Below are positions 35,501 through 44,965 of a stretch of 64,000 nucleotides of DNA, piece by piece; positions within the stretch are counted from its first letter, which is position 1, and every line of letters begins with the position of its first letter. The stretch lies in contig CAZNZW010000008.1 in assembly GCA_964577615.1 (NCBI GenBank), positions 54 through 64,053 of the forward strand, read 5' to 3'. A program made the position numbers and the translations under genes. Source of the stretch: an uncultured Desulfobacterales bacterium. Lineage in GTDB: Bacteria; Desulfobacterota; Desulfobacteria; Desulfobacterales; QNYZ01. The notes beneath the pieces were generated by a model. It saw only the letters and a program-made list of their open reading frames with translations. It was not told where the DNA came from and did not search any database.

Positions 35501-38189
35501 TGAAAAAACGGCCCCATCCACATCCGGCATCCCCGCAGACATACCCGAGGTGGAAATGATCCGCCAGGTGGCTGAAAATACCGCGGCAACGGAAAAAGCC
35601 CACAGCCGCTTCCTCGCATTTTCCGCGGACCTGACCCGGATCTATGGTGACACCCTGGCCTTTCAGCGGGAATTCCTGGAACAGCATCCAGCGGCAGCCA
35701 ACCTGTTTAAGTCACCGTCTGAAGACCGGTCCCGCCCCGGCCGCCCACCGCAAGCCGGCCGCCCCGAACACGATGCCCCTGTTTTCCCCCGTCCGATGTG
35801 CATGGAATTTGCCATCGGATCCGTGGCAAAGGTGCTGGGCCCGGCCTTTTCCGATGTGGATACCTATCCGGCCCGGGTGAGGCTGCCCGACGAGCCGTTG
35901 ATGCTCGTTGACCGGATCATCGCCATCGAGGGCCGGAAAGGCGTCCTCGGACCGGGCCGCATCATCACCGAACACGACGTCCACCCGGATATCTGGTATC
36001 TCGACGGCGGCCGGACGCCGGTGTGCATTTCGGTGGAGGCCGGCCAGGCCGACCTGTTTCTGTGCGCCTATCTCGGAATTGATTTTAAGGTAAAGGGAAA
36101 ACGGACCTACCGTCTGCTCGATGCCACGGTGACCTTTCACAGTGCGCTTCCCCGCCCCGGCGATACCATCCGCTACGATATCCACATCGACAAATTTGTT
36201 CGCCAGGGCGAGACCTGGCTCTTCTTTTTCCGGTTTGAGGGCGCCATCAACGGCCGGCCGTTGATTACCATGGTCGATGGCTGTGCCGGGTTCTTCACCC
36301 ACGAGGAGGTCACCCGGTCCGGCGGGATTATCACCACGGATGACACGCCGCCCGACGCCCCCAAGGGCCGGGGAAAATGGGCCCCCTGGGTGCCGGTCAA
36401 AACCGAACGCTATTCCGATGCCCAGCTCGATGCCCTGCGGCAGGGCGACATGGCCGCCTGCTTTGGCAATGATTTTCGCGGCATGACCGTCCCCGGCGCC
36501 CTGCGGCTGCCCGGCGGGCGGATGCGGCTCATCGACCGGGTGCTCCTTGTCGATCCGGCCGGCGGAAAATTCGGCCTCGGATTTATCCGGGCCGAAGCGG
36601 ATATCCATCCGGACGACTGGTTTCTCACCTGCCATTTCGTGGATGACAGGGTCATGCCGGGCACATTGATGTACGAATGCTGCGCCCACACGCTTCGGGT
36701 TCTGCTCCAGCGCATGGGCTGGGTCTGCGATCAGCCGGCGGCCGCATACGAGCCGGTCATCGGTGTTCAGAGCAAGCTGAAATGCCGCGGACCGGTGACC
36801 CCGGATACCCGAAAAGTCCATTACGAATTAACCATCCGGGAAGTCGGCTACGAACCGGAGCCCTACGTGATCGGCGATGCCGACATGTTTGCCGATGGCC
36901 GTCATATTGTCCGGTTCAACGATATTTCCATGAAGATGACCGGCGTGACCCGGCACGACCTGCGTGATTACTGGCATCGCCATACCCACGGCACCCCACC
37001 GGATCAACGCGGTCAGAAAAAACCGGCCGCCGTCTTCAGCCATGCGCAAATCCTCGCCTTTGCCCAAGGAAACCCGTCCGAGGCATTCGGCCGCCGATAT
37101 CGGCCCTTTGACAGCAACAGGTTCATCGCCCGGCTGCCCAGACCGCCGTATCTCTTCATCGACCGGATCACCCGGTGCGACCCGCCGCCGTGGATCGTCA
37201 AGGCCGATGGCTGGGTGGAGGCCCGATTTGACACTGCGCCGGCCGACTGGTATTTCACGGCCGACCGCTCCGGTATCATGCCCTATGCCATCCTGCTGGA
37301 AATTGCCCTGCAACCCTGCGGCTGGCTGGCCGCATATATGGGGTCGGCCCTGCTGAGTGAAGACGATCTCCACTTCCGGAACCTAGGGGGGCAGGGGATT
37401 ATCCAGGCCGATATCCCGGCCGGCGATCATCCCCTCGCCACCCGGGTTCGCCTGACACGGATATCCAAGGCGGCGGGGATGATTGTGGAATCGTTCGATT
37501 TCGACGTCCGCGCCGGGTCCCAACTGATTTACAAGGGTGATTCCTATTTCGGTTTTTTTTCCAAAACCGCCCTGGCCCAGCAGGAAGGGATCCGCGATGC
37601 CGAAAAGCGGGTTTTCCGGGCCGACCCGGCCGGTTCGATTTTGTCTGAGCCCTGCTGTTTTCCCGACGTGCCGCCCCTGCGGCCAGAAGATACCGACCCG
37701 GCCGGCACGGGGTCGACATCGGCCCTGCAGATGCCGGCCACGGCCATCCGGATGGTCGATCGAATCGATCTCTTCATTCCCGACGGCGGCCCCCGGCGGC
37801 TGGGCTACATCCGGGGGCAGAAGCAGGTCAACCCCGACGACTGGTTCTTCAAGGCGCATTTCCACCAGGACCCGGTCTGGCCGGGATCGCTGGGAATCGA
37901 GTCTTTTATCCAGCTGCTCAAATACTATCTGATCGCCACCTGGAAAGAGAAAGTTGACGGCCACCGGTTTTCCATCACGTTTCCCCGGCGCCACGAGTGG
38001 ATCTACCGGGGTCAGATTTTACCGACCGACGGGAATGTCACCGTGGAAGCGATCATCACGCAGGTGACGACCGACCCGTCTGTATCCATCACGGCTGACG
38101 GATTTCTCAGCGTCGATGGCCGTTATATCTATGAAATGAAACAATTCGGTATCTCACTGGTACCGCTCTCATCAAGGTCAATCCCATGA
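32553..38189 (+). CDS. pfaC: PfaC-like PUFA-synthase subunit (KS - KS/CLF - FabA-type DH domains)
   Basis: KS1 DAACASS, ECHGAGT, KSMIGH; KS2 lacks Cys (SDGPAS); FabA-like repeats RLPDEPLMLVDRI, DWFLTCHFVDDRVMPG, RLPRPPYLFIDRI, DWFFKAHFHQDPVWPG; no AT or ACP domain; ORF track start 32496. Confidence 0.88.
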   Translation: MTFNEPIAVVGMGGVFPGAQTLSTFWQNILNRVETADDVPAARWGIPPRAMLAEQFAPDKAYGRRACLIQNFQFDPSGLNISSTAARDLDPLYHLALHAGREALAGSISPGLNRDRTGVILAAIALPTDGASDAARRIVGQSLADSVMAVMGDTPSRQNRPLPDRTFLSGQVTSLPAALIARALDLGGGTLTLDAACASSLYAIKLACDELAARRADAMLAGGVSRPDCLYTQVGFTQLRALSPSGRCAPFDRTADGLVVGEGAGIVMLKRLADAVSAGDVIHGVIRGIGWSNDLRGNLLAPSSEGQIRAMQQAYRSSGWSPHDVDLIECHGAGTPLGDATELASLQTLWGHPETSRRTCAIGSVKSMIGHLLTGAAAAGLIKTLLAIKNHTLPPSINFDQPPADSPLIDGPFRVQTNAAAWSQRDSNTPRRAAVNAFGFGGINAHLLVEEYVDAAAGGPVGQPASRPVSQSASGAIVQPAGQPVAIVGMAAAFGRLTSLESFENAVFNGESAIGRRPDARWKGCDAYAPGLPGTAGMSGAFMDQIQIQPGEFRIPPTEIVDILPQHLLMLQTACRAARDAGLATEARPRAGTIIGIEFDYEATNFHLRWDLFNAVQRWNDEKNLGLSRRDMDQWRQQLQKITGPPLTHERTLGALGSMVASRVARELRLGGPSFVISDGPASGLRALEIGVRSLQRGETDAMLIGAVDLFGDIRNLATASDGLRFSSTDTLRPFHSDTDGTLPGDGAGAVVIKRLDDALKANDRIYAVIQGLSATTGNRSDSNSMTAAYARAVHQATAAAGWRVDDVGFLEVHGSGDPGEDRLEKAALTTLFPAAPRPAGPCFLGTSKPTVGYVGAAASMASLIKTACCLFRRQLPPWTAPAEIDPDIRSNGSFQLTGHTISWPSPAAGTQYRAGIVALTPSGGCACIALENGPESGPTCAAPAPHPLETTTAATPITLTIGGLPESPPLPPERLRKTVRPVEKTAPSTSGIPADIPEVEMIRQVAENTAATEKAHSRFLAFSADLTRIYGDTLAFQREFLEQHPAAANLFKSPSEDRSRPGRPPQAGRPEHDAPVFPRPMCMEFAIGSVAKVLGPAFSDVDTYPARVRLPDEPLMLVDRIIAIEGRKGVLGPGRIITEHDVHPDIWYLDGGRTPVCISVEAGQADLFLCAYLGIDFKVKGKRTYRLLDATVTFHSALPRPGDTIRYDIHIDKFVRQGETWLFFFRFEGAINGRPLITMVDGCAGFFTHEEVTRSGGIITTDDTPPDAPKGRGKWAPWVPVKTERYSDAQLDALRQGDMAACFGNDFRGMTVPGALRLPGGRMRLIDRVLLVDPAGGKFGLGFIRAEADIHPDDWFLTCHFVDDRVMPGTLMYECCAHTLRVLLQRMGWVCDQPAAAYEPVIGVQSKLKCRGPVTPDTRKVHYELTIREVGYEPEPYVIGDADMFADGRHIVRFNDISMKMTGVTRHDLRDYWHRHTHGTPPDQRGQKKPAAVFSHAQILAFAQGNPSEAFGRRYRPFDSNRFIARLPRPPYLFIDRITRCDPPPWIVKADGWVEARFDTAPADWYFTADRSGIMPYAILLEIALQPCGWLAAYMGSALLSEDDLHFRNLGGQGIIQADIPAGDHPLATRVRLTRISKAAGMIVESFDFDVRAGSQLIYKGDSYFGFFSKTALAQQEGIRDAEKRVFRADPAGSILSEPCCFPDVPPLRPEDTDPAGTGSTSALQMPATAIRMVDRIDLFIPDGGPRRLGYIRGQKQVNPDDWFFKAHFHQDPVWPGSLGIESFIQLLKYYLIATWKEKVDGHRFSITFPRRHEWIYRGQILPTDGNVTVEAIITQVTTDPSVSITADGFLSVDGRYIYEMKQFGISLVPLSSRSIP

Positions 38190-39226
38190 AATATACGAAC
38201 GTTTTCATCGATGCCTTCGGGTACGAGCTGCCCCCCAACGTCATCACATCCGACGATCTGGAAAACCGGCTGGCCCCGCTGTATCGAACGCTCCACATCA
38301 CCCCGGGGCAATTGACGGCCATCACCGGCGTCCGGGAACGCCGCTTCTGGGACCGCGGCTTCCGCATGCGCACCGGCGCCATCATGGCCGGCCGCAAGGC
38401 GCTGGCCGACTCGGCGGCCGCTCCCGCCGATGTCGGCATGCTGATATACGGCGGCGTCTGCCGGGATCATCTGGAACCGGCCACGGCCTGCGCGGTGGCC
38501 GAGGGCCTGGGCATCGGCCCCGATGCCGAGATCCTTGACATTTCCAACGCCTGTCTCGGGGTTTTAAACGGCATCATCCATGTGGCCAACGCCATCGAAC
38601 TCGGCCAGATCCAGGCGGGAATGATCGTTTCCTGCGAATCCGCCCGCCAGATCGTGGAGCAGACCATCGAGCGGATGCTGGACCAGCCGAACATGGAAAT
38701 ATTCAAAAAATCCCTGGCCACCCTCACCGGCGGATCCGGCGCCGTGGCCGTGGTGCTGACCCACCGCGACCTGGCTGACCGGGGCCACCGTATCCAGGGC
38801 GGCATCGCCTTAAACGACACCCGGCACCACCGGCTCTGCATCTGGGGGCCGGACACGGGCATCCCGGCCACCATGCCCCTGGTGATGGAAACCGATGCCG
38901 TGGGCGTCCTCGAAAACGGCGTCAAGCTCGGCACGCGGACCTACCGGGCATTTCGGGAGACGATCTGGCGCAACGCCGGACCACCCGACAAGATCATCTG
39001 CCACCAGGTGGGCGCGGCCCACCAGCGAACCATCCTTCAGGCCCTGGATATCCCCGCCGAAAAAGATTTTGTCACCTATCCTTTTCTCGGCAACATCGGC
39101 ACGGTTTCTCTGCCGATCACGGCGGCCATCGCCCGCGAACGCGGCTTCCTGACAGCCGGCGACCAGGTGGGATTTTTCGGTATCGGCAGCGGCCTGAACT
39201 GTCTGCTGCTGGGGGTTCGATGGTAA
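38186..39226 (+). CDS. oleA: OleA head-to-head acyl condensing enzyme (thiolase/KAS III fold)
   Basis: TGVRERRFW, DHLEPATA (Glu), ISNACLG (Cys), ICHQVG (His), LGNIG; start overlaps pfaC stop. Confidence 0.88.
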   Translation: MKYTNVFIDAFGYELPPNVITSDDLENRLAPLYRTLHITPGQLTAITGVRERRFWDRGFRMRTGAIMAGRKALADSAAAPADVGMLIYGGVCRDHLEPATACAVAEGLGIGPDAEILDISNACLGVLNGIIHVANAIELGQIQAGMIVSCESARQIVEQTIERMLDQPNMEIFKKSLATLTGGSGAVAVVLTHRDLADRGHRIQGGIALNDTRHHRLCIWGPDTGIPATMPLVMETDAVGVLENGVKLGTRTYRAFRETIWRNAGPPDKIICHQVGAAHQRTILQALDIPAEKDFVTYPFLGNIGTVSLPITAAIARERGFLTAGDQVGFFGIGSGLNCLLLGVRW

Positions 39227-40125
39227 TCCGCGCTCTGCCTGCCGCTGTCCGGCAACTGTATCCGTTCCCGTCCCGTTACCTGACGGCCAGCGGCCTTCAG
39301 TACCACTACCTGGACGAAGGGCGGGGCACGCCGATCGTCATGGTTCATGGCAATCCGACCTGGTCGTTTTTTTTCCGGGATCTGATCCGGGATCTGTCAC
39401 GCGACCACCGGGTCATCGTCCCGGACCATATTGGCTGCGGCCTGTCAGATACGCCGCCCCGGTCCCGGTACGGCTACCGGCTGGCCGACCGGGTCGCCGA
39501 CCTTGACCGCCTGCTGGCCCGACGGGTGCCCGACGAAAAAATCACCCTGCTCGTACACGACTGGGGCGGCATGATCGGCATGGCCTGGGCCATCGATCAT
39601 ATCCCCCGCATCGCCCGGATCATTGTCCTCAACACCGCCGCTTTTCTCCCCATGCCAGGCAAACCGCTGCCCTGGCAGCTGCGCCTGATCCGAAACGTGC
39701 CGGCCGTTGCCACCGGTGCGGTCCTCGGCCTGAACCTGTTCGCCGCCGGCGCCATTTTCATGGCCCCCTTTTACCGCCTGCCGCCCGCCGTCCGGGCCGG
39801 ATACCTGGCCCCGTACAACCGGCCTGCCCACCGGATCGCCACCCTGGCCTTTGTGCAGGATATTCCGGTGAAGCCGACAGACCCAAGCTACCCTGTTGCC
39901 GCCCGGACCGACGCCGCGCTCTGCCGGCTGGCCCACGTACCGATGGGCATCTTCTGGGGAAAGCACGATTTCGTATTCGACACCGACTATCTGACCGAAT
40001 GGCGGCGGCGCTTTCCCGATGCCGAGGCCCATCTGTTCAACGATGCCGGCCATTACCTGCTCGAAGATGCCGGCGACCGGATCATTCCCCGGATACGTTC
40101 GTTCTTGCAAAAGCACCCGCTTTGA
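39220..40125 (+). CDS. oleB: OleB beta-lactone decarboxylase (haloalkane-dehalogenase-like alpha/beta hydrolase)
   Basis: VHGNPTWSF, PDHIGCGLSD, VHDWGG (Asp nucleophile), AGHYLLED; position between oleA and oleC. Confidence 0.87.
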   Translation: MVIRALPAAVRQLYPFPSRYLTASGLQYHYLDEGRGTPIVMVHGNPTWSFFFRDLIRDLSRDHRVIVPDHIGCGLSDTPPRSRYGYRLADRVADLDRLLARRVPDEKITLLVHDWGGMIGMAWAIDHIPRIARIIVLNTAAFLPMPGKPLPWQLRLIRNVPAVATGAVLGLNLFAAGAIFMAPFYRLPPAVRAGYLAPYNRPAHRIATLAFVQDIPVKPTDPSYPVAARTDAALCRLAHVPMGIFWGKHDFVFDTDYLTEWRRRFPDAEAHLFNDAGHYLLEDAGDRIIPRIRSFLQKHPL

Positions 40126-40224
40126 TAGTAAGAAGTTGTATTCATAACCGTACCCCTGAAATAAAGACCTGAAAGCAACATCCGGCAACAAGAGTCGATC
40201 TTGCCATTTTAGAAAAAGGACCGG

Positions 40225-41925
40225 TTGATTTTTCCCATGACAGACGCTCCCCAAACCGACCATTCCACCGCCGCCGCAGAAAAAACCGTGAATGTAGCGG
40301 TCCACCTGGCGCGGATGGCACGTGATTTTCCGTATCGAAAAGCGGTTATCCAGCCCGTCGGGCGCGACCACCAGAACCGGGTGGCCTATTCCCACCTGAC
40401 CTTCCGGCAGCTGCACCGGGAATCCGACTGTCTGGCCCACGGCCTCGATCAGGCCGGCATTTCCGCGGGTGTCCGGACGGTTTTGATGGTCCCGCCCAGC
40501 CCGGATTTTTTTGTTCTGATTTTCGCCCTTTTCAAGGTCGGCGCCGTCCCGGTCATCGTGGATCCGGGCATGGGAATCCAGCGCATGCTCCGCTGCCTGC
40601 GGGGAACGGAGCCAACAGCTTTCATCGGTATTTCCAAGGCCCATGTCCTGCGTTTTTTTTATCCCCGTTTTTTCCGCAGCGTCACGCATTGGGTCACCGT
40701 GGGGCGGCGCTGGTTCTGGAGCGGCCGGACCCTGGATCAATTGCTCGTCAAACCCTGGACACCCTATCCGGCCAACCCCACCCGGCGGGATGAGACCGCC
40801 GCCATTCTGTTCACCACGGGAAGCACCGGCCCGGCCAAGGGTGCCGTCTATACCCACGGCAATTTTGACGCCCAGGTGGCGCTGATCCGTTCCCATTTCA
40901 ATATTGCCCCCGGTGAAATTGACCTGCCCACCTTCCCTCTGTTTTCGCTGTTTGATCCGGCCCTGGGAATGACCGCCGTGATCCCCGACATGGACCCGAC
41001 CCGGCCGGCCCGGGCCCATCCGGTCAAAATCATCGAAGCCATCATTGATCATGGCATCACCAACATGTTCGCATCCCCGGCCCTGCTCAAACGTCTGGGA
41101 GAATACGGCCGGGACCGGGACATCCGCCTGCCGTCCCTGCGGCGGGTCATTTCGGCCGGGGCGCCGGTGTCGCCGGATGTCATCGACCTGTTTTCCCGCA
41201 TGCTGCCGCGCCATGCCGAAGTGCACACCCCGTACGGCGCCACGGAAGCCATGCCCGTCGCATCCATTGCCAGCCACGAAATCCTGAAAAACACCCGGCA
41301 GATGAGCGCCAAGGGTTTCGGCATCTGCGTCGGGCGCCCCATTGACGGCATTGACGTTAAAATCATTAAAATCACGGACGACCCGATTGACCGGTGGCGG
41401 GATGATCTGGTTCTGCCCGCCGGGCGAATCGGAGAAATCACTGCCTGCGGACCGCCGGTCACGCGCCGGTACTATGCGGATCCCCCGGCCGATGCGCTGG
41501 CAAAGATAAAAGACGGCGACGGTTTCCGGCACCGGATGGGGGATCTGGGATGGATCGACAGTTCCGGGCGAATCTGGTTTTGCGGACGCAAAAACCATCG
41601 GGTCATCATCAATGAAAACGATGCGCTCTATTCAATTCCCTGCGAATCAATCTACAACAACCACCCGGATGTTTCCCGCAGCGCCCTGGTGGGCGTGGGA
41701 GACGCCCCGCACCAAACCCCGGTCATCTGTATCGAGCTGAAAGAAGACGTTTCCCCGCAGGCGCATGAGCGAATCCAGGCTGAACTGGTGGCACTTGGCA
41801 AAACCAGTCCGCATACAAAGGCGGTAAAAGAGGTGCTTTTCCACGACGCTTTTCCCGTGGATATTCGCCATAACGCCAAGATTTTCCGCGAACAGCTCGC
41901 CCAATGGGCCGAAGAACAGATGTAG
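40225..41925 (+). CDS. oleC: OleC beta-lactone synthetase (AMP-dependent ligase family)
   Basis: AILFTTGSTGPAKG, DLPTFPLFSLF, TPYGATEAMPV, HRMGDLG, FPVDIRHNAKIFR. Confidence 0.9.
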   Translation: MIFPMTDAPQTDHSTAAAEKTVNVAVHLARMARDFPYRKAVIQPVGRDHQNRVAYSHLTFRQLHRESDCLAHGLDQAGISAGVRTVLMVPPSPDFFVLIFALFKVGAVPVIVDPGMGIQRMLRCLRGTEPTAFIGISKAHVLRFFYPRFFRSVTHWVTVGRRWFWSGRTLDQLLVKPWTPYPANPTRRDETAAILFTTGSTGPAKGAVYTHGNFDAQVALIRSHFNIAPGEIDLPTFPLFSLFDPALGMTAVIPDMDPTRPARAHPVKIIEAIIDHGITNMFASPALLKRLGEYGRDRDIRLPSLRRVISAGAPVSPDVIDLFSRMLPRHAEVHTPYGATEAMPVASIASHEILKNTRQMSAKGFGICVGRPIDGIDVKIIKITDDPIDRWRDDLVLPAGRIGEITACGPPVTRRYYADPPADALAKIKDGDGFRHRMGDLGWIDSSGRIWFCGRKNHRVIINENDALYSIPCESIYNNHPDVSRSALVGVGDAPHQTPVICIELKEDVSPQAHERIQAELVALGKTSPHTKAVKEVLFHDAFPVDIRHNAKIFREQLAQWAEEQM

Positions 41926-42020
41926 ATGGCGCCTCTGTTGAAACCGAAAAACCGATCCAATGCCATAGAGCGGGGAACAATGCCCCTTTTTAATACCATT
42001 GTCCAAAGAAGGAGATCGCC

Positions 42021-42539
42021 ATGGAATTATCCGGAAAAAACTTTATCGTGCTGGCCGAGGAGATGGTAAACGATCAGGAATTCTGGTACCCCTATTTCCG
42101 GCTCCAGGAAGCCGGCGCCAGGGTGACTGTTGTGGGTTCGGGCAGTGCCGACCATTATACCGGCAAGGCCGGCACCCACATCGAAGTCGATGCCGCCGCC
42201 GACCAGATATCGCTGGAAAAATACGATGGCATCGTGATTCCCGGCGGATACGCCCCGGATCACCTGCGCCGCTATCCGGCGGTGCTGCATCTGGTAAAAC
42301 GGCTTTTTGAAACCGGGAAAGTCGTGGCCGCCATCTGCCATGCGGGCTGGGTGCTTGTTTCCGCGGAGATTCTACGCGATCGCCAGGTGACTTCCTACAT
42401 CGCCATCAAGGATGATCTGGTCAATGCCGGCGCCCGATGGACAGACGCTGAAGTGGTCATCGACGGTAATCTGGTAACGAGCCGCACCCCGGCGGATCTG
42501 CCCGCCTTCATGCGGGCCATCATCAGCGTCGCCGCCTGA
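42021..42539 (+). CDS. PfpI/DJ-1 family type 1 glutamine-amidotransferase-like protein
   Basis: PGGYAPD, AICHAGW, VVIDGNLVTSR. Confidence 0.9.
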   Translation: MELSGKNFIVLAEEMVNDQEFWYPYFRLQEAGARVTVVGSGSADHYTGKAGTHIEVDAAADQISLEKYDGIVIPGGYAPDHLRRYPAVLHLVKRLFETGKVVAAICHAGWVLVSAEILRDRQVTSYIAIKDDLVNAGARWTDAEVVIDGNLVTSRTPADLPAFMRAIISVAA

Positions 42540-42590
42540 CGGCATGACGCCTGCCGGTGACCCGCAAAATTAACGAAAGTCCGTGCCTGC

Positions 42591-43460
42591 ATGTCACAAC
42601 CCCAGTCCATACGCACCCTGCTCCGGGAACACAAAGCCCTGCTCATCGTCATGATCGTGGGGATTATCCTGCTGGAAGTTGAGATTTTTGCTTTTGCCGC
42701 CCTGAAAACGGGCCGAAAGTCGGTGCTCGAAATTCGCGACAAGCAGGGGAATCTGATCCATGTCACCGACGGCGACCATCTGAGCTCATTCAACAAATAC
42801 TACTTTGAGCAGACCTTCGGCCCCCTGACGCAATACCAGACCCGCCTGGCCGTCAAAGACCGCCCCTTCCCCTTCCGCGCCTGGTTCGCTGCGGCCGTGG
42901 GCATTCCCGTCGGCGCCGTCCTCCTGTTCGGCTTTGTCGTCCGGGCCTATCTGGCCATCGTCCACGGTGACGTTCTGGCCGGAGATACGGCCCCACACCC
43001 GGCGAATGCCCCGGGCTCCCGTCTGCAGCGGATCATCGGCCACCTCCGGCGAACGAATGTTTTTATTCTCGGGGCGGGGATTTTCCTGCTTGCGGCAGGA
43101 TACTGGATCGTTCCCAACATGATCACCTACCTGGGACGCGCCAGCCTCGATACAATCATCCGATATAAATGGATTTTTCTGCCCGCGGCAACCGTCTTGG
43201 CCGCCATTGTCGTCTGGATTATCTATCTGCGCTATCTGCTGGCCAGGGCGGCCATCGCCAGCCAGGCGGAAGTTGAGAAATACCAGCTCCGGCTCACCAT
43301 GGAAAATACTGCCCCGCTGGCGCTGACACATGACGCCCGCTCTGGAGACAGCGCCGCTGATGCCGCCAACCCCGCCACCGGTAATCCGCCCCGTGCCGGT
43401 GACACGCCGGCAGCGGGCCGGCGGCCGGCCGCTCAGTCAAACACCGACACGCCGGTATAA
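42591..43460 (+). CDS. Membrane protein of unknown function
   Basis: About 4 hydrophobic segments; Ala/Pro-rich tail overlapping the purB stop. Confidence 0.7.
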   Translation: MSQPQSIRTLLREHKALLIVMIVGIILLEVEIFAFAALKTGRKSVLEIRDKQGNLIHVTDGDHLSSFNKYYFEQTFGPLTQYQTRLAVKDRPFPFRAWFAAAVGIPVGAVLLFGFVVRAYLAIVHGDVLAGDTAPHPANAPGSRLQRIIGHLRRTNVFILGAGIFLLAAGYWIVPNMITYLGRASLDTIIRYKWIFLPAATVLAAIVVWIIYLRYLLARAAIASQAEVEKYQLRLTMENTAPLALTHDARSGDSAADAANPATGNPPRAGDTPAAGRRPAAQSNTDTPV

Positions 43461-44788
43461 TTTTCCGGCGTTATCTGCATTAATTCGGCTTTCACGGCAT
43501 CCGTGACATCCAGCCCTTCGATAAATACCGCCAGCGTTTCTTCCGTTATGGTCCCATGGGTACGGGTCAGCGCCTTCAACGCCTCGTAGGGTTTCGGATA
43601 TCCTTCCCGGCGCAGAACCGTCTGAATACCTTCCGCCACCACCGCCCAGTGATCGTGCAGATCCGCCAGAATGGCCGCTTCGTTGAGCACCAGTTTATTC
43701 AGCCCTTTCTGTATCGATTTCAAAGCGATCAGGGTATGGGCCAGCGGCATGCCGGTATTGCGCGTGACCGTTGAATCGGTCAGATCCCGCTGCAGCCGTG
43801 AAACAGGCAGTTTTCCGGACAGGTGGGAAAACAGGGCGTTGGCCAGCCCCAGATTGCCTTCCGCATTTTCGAAATCGATGGGGTTGACCTTATGGGGCAT
43901 GGCGGAAGACCCCACCTCGTTGGCAATGATTTTCTGCTTGAAATAATTAAGGGAAATATATGCCCAGATATCCCGGCAGCTGTCGATCAGGATGGTATTG
44001 ATCCGCCGGACGCCGTCGCAGAAGGCCGCCAGATGGTCATACGGTTCAATCTGGGTGGTGACCGCCGTGCGGTCCAGATCGAGGACGTCATTGACCAGAT
44101 AGTCGGCAAACGCGGGCCAGTCGATATCCGGATAGGCCACTTTGTGCGCATTGAAATTCCCGGTGGCGCCGCCAAATTTAGCGGCATACGGCACCTGGGC
44201 CAGCAGGGACCGCTGCCGTTCGAGCCGATGTACGAAAACATAGATTTCTTTTCCCAGGATCGTCGGCGATGCCGGTTGTCCGTGGGTGCGGGCCAGCATC
44301 GGTATACCTCGCCACTCGCGGGCCAGCCGGATCATCTGGTTCATGGTTTCGTCCAGTTCCGGCCGGATCACGCTCTGCCAGGCGTCTTTGAGCATCAGGG
44401 GCAGAGCGGTATTATTGATATCCTGGGAAGTCAGGCCAAAATGGATAAATTCCTGACAGGATGTCAGCGCCAGCGATGTAAATTTTTCCTTTAAAAAATA
44501 TTCGACCGCCTTGACATCGTGGTTGGTTGTTTTCTCGATGGCCTTGACCCGTTCGGCGTCGGCCAGTGTAAACTTCCGGTAGAGATCCCGTAAGGCCTGC
44601 TGCGCCCCGGCATCAACACCCTTGAGCTGGGGCAGCGGCAGCTGGCAGAGCGCGATAAAGTATTCAACCTCCACCATCACCCGATAACGGATCAATGCTT
44701 TTTCAGAAAAATAATCAGCCAGTGGTGCGACTGCCTGGCGATAGCGCCCGTCCACGGGAGAGATCGCCGTTAACATATTTAATTCCAT
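43433..44788 (-). CDS. purB: Adenylosuccinate lyase
   Basis: LTAISPVDGRY, TNHDVKAVEY, ARTHGQ, SSAMPHKVNPIDFEN, SRLQRDLTDST; ORF track start 44836. Confidence 0.96.
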   Translation of the reverse strand: MELNMLTAISPVDGRYRQAVAPLADYFSEKALIRYRVMVEVEYFIALCQLPLPQLKGVDAGAQQALRDLYRKFTLADAERVKAIEKTTNHDVKAVEYFLKEKFTSLALTSCQEFIHFGLTSQDINNTALPLMLKDAWQSVIRPELDETMNQMIRLAREWRGIPMLARTHGQPASPTILGKEIYVFVHRLERQRSLLAQVPYAAKFGGATGNFNAHKVAYPDIDWPAFADYLVNDVLDLDRTAVTTQIEPYDHLAAFCDGVRRINTILIDSCRDIWAYISLNYFKQKIIANEVGSSAMPHKVNPIDFENAEGNLGLANALFSHLSGKLPVSRLQRDLTDSTVTRNTGMPLAHTLIALKSIQKGLNKLVLNEAAILADLHDHWAVVAEGIQTVLRREGYPKPYEALKALTRTHGTITEETLAVFIEGLDVTDAVKAELMQITPENYTGVSVFD

Positions 44789-44965
44789 TCCCGTCTCCTG
44801 AATCCCTTCCACCGGCCCGGCATTCAACAATCGCACAGGGCTGCCGCTGTCAGGATTATTGTCTTTTCTCCGACTGGTTTGAGTGTATCTTTAATCTTTA
44901 AAATCTACCATTCGCCCGATAAAAACGCGCTTCCGGCACACCTTCAGCTTTATGGCCTGCGCGCC

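Noticed and set aside
39220-40125. Haloalkane dehalogenase call
   Set aside because: Same fold and Asp nucleophile, but the position between oleA and oleC indicates OleB.
39445-41598. 717-aa antisense ORF over oleB/oleC
   Set aside because: Shadow frame of GC-rich coding DNA; no motifs; the opposite strand carries clear genes.
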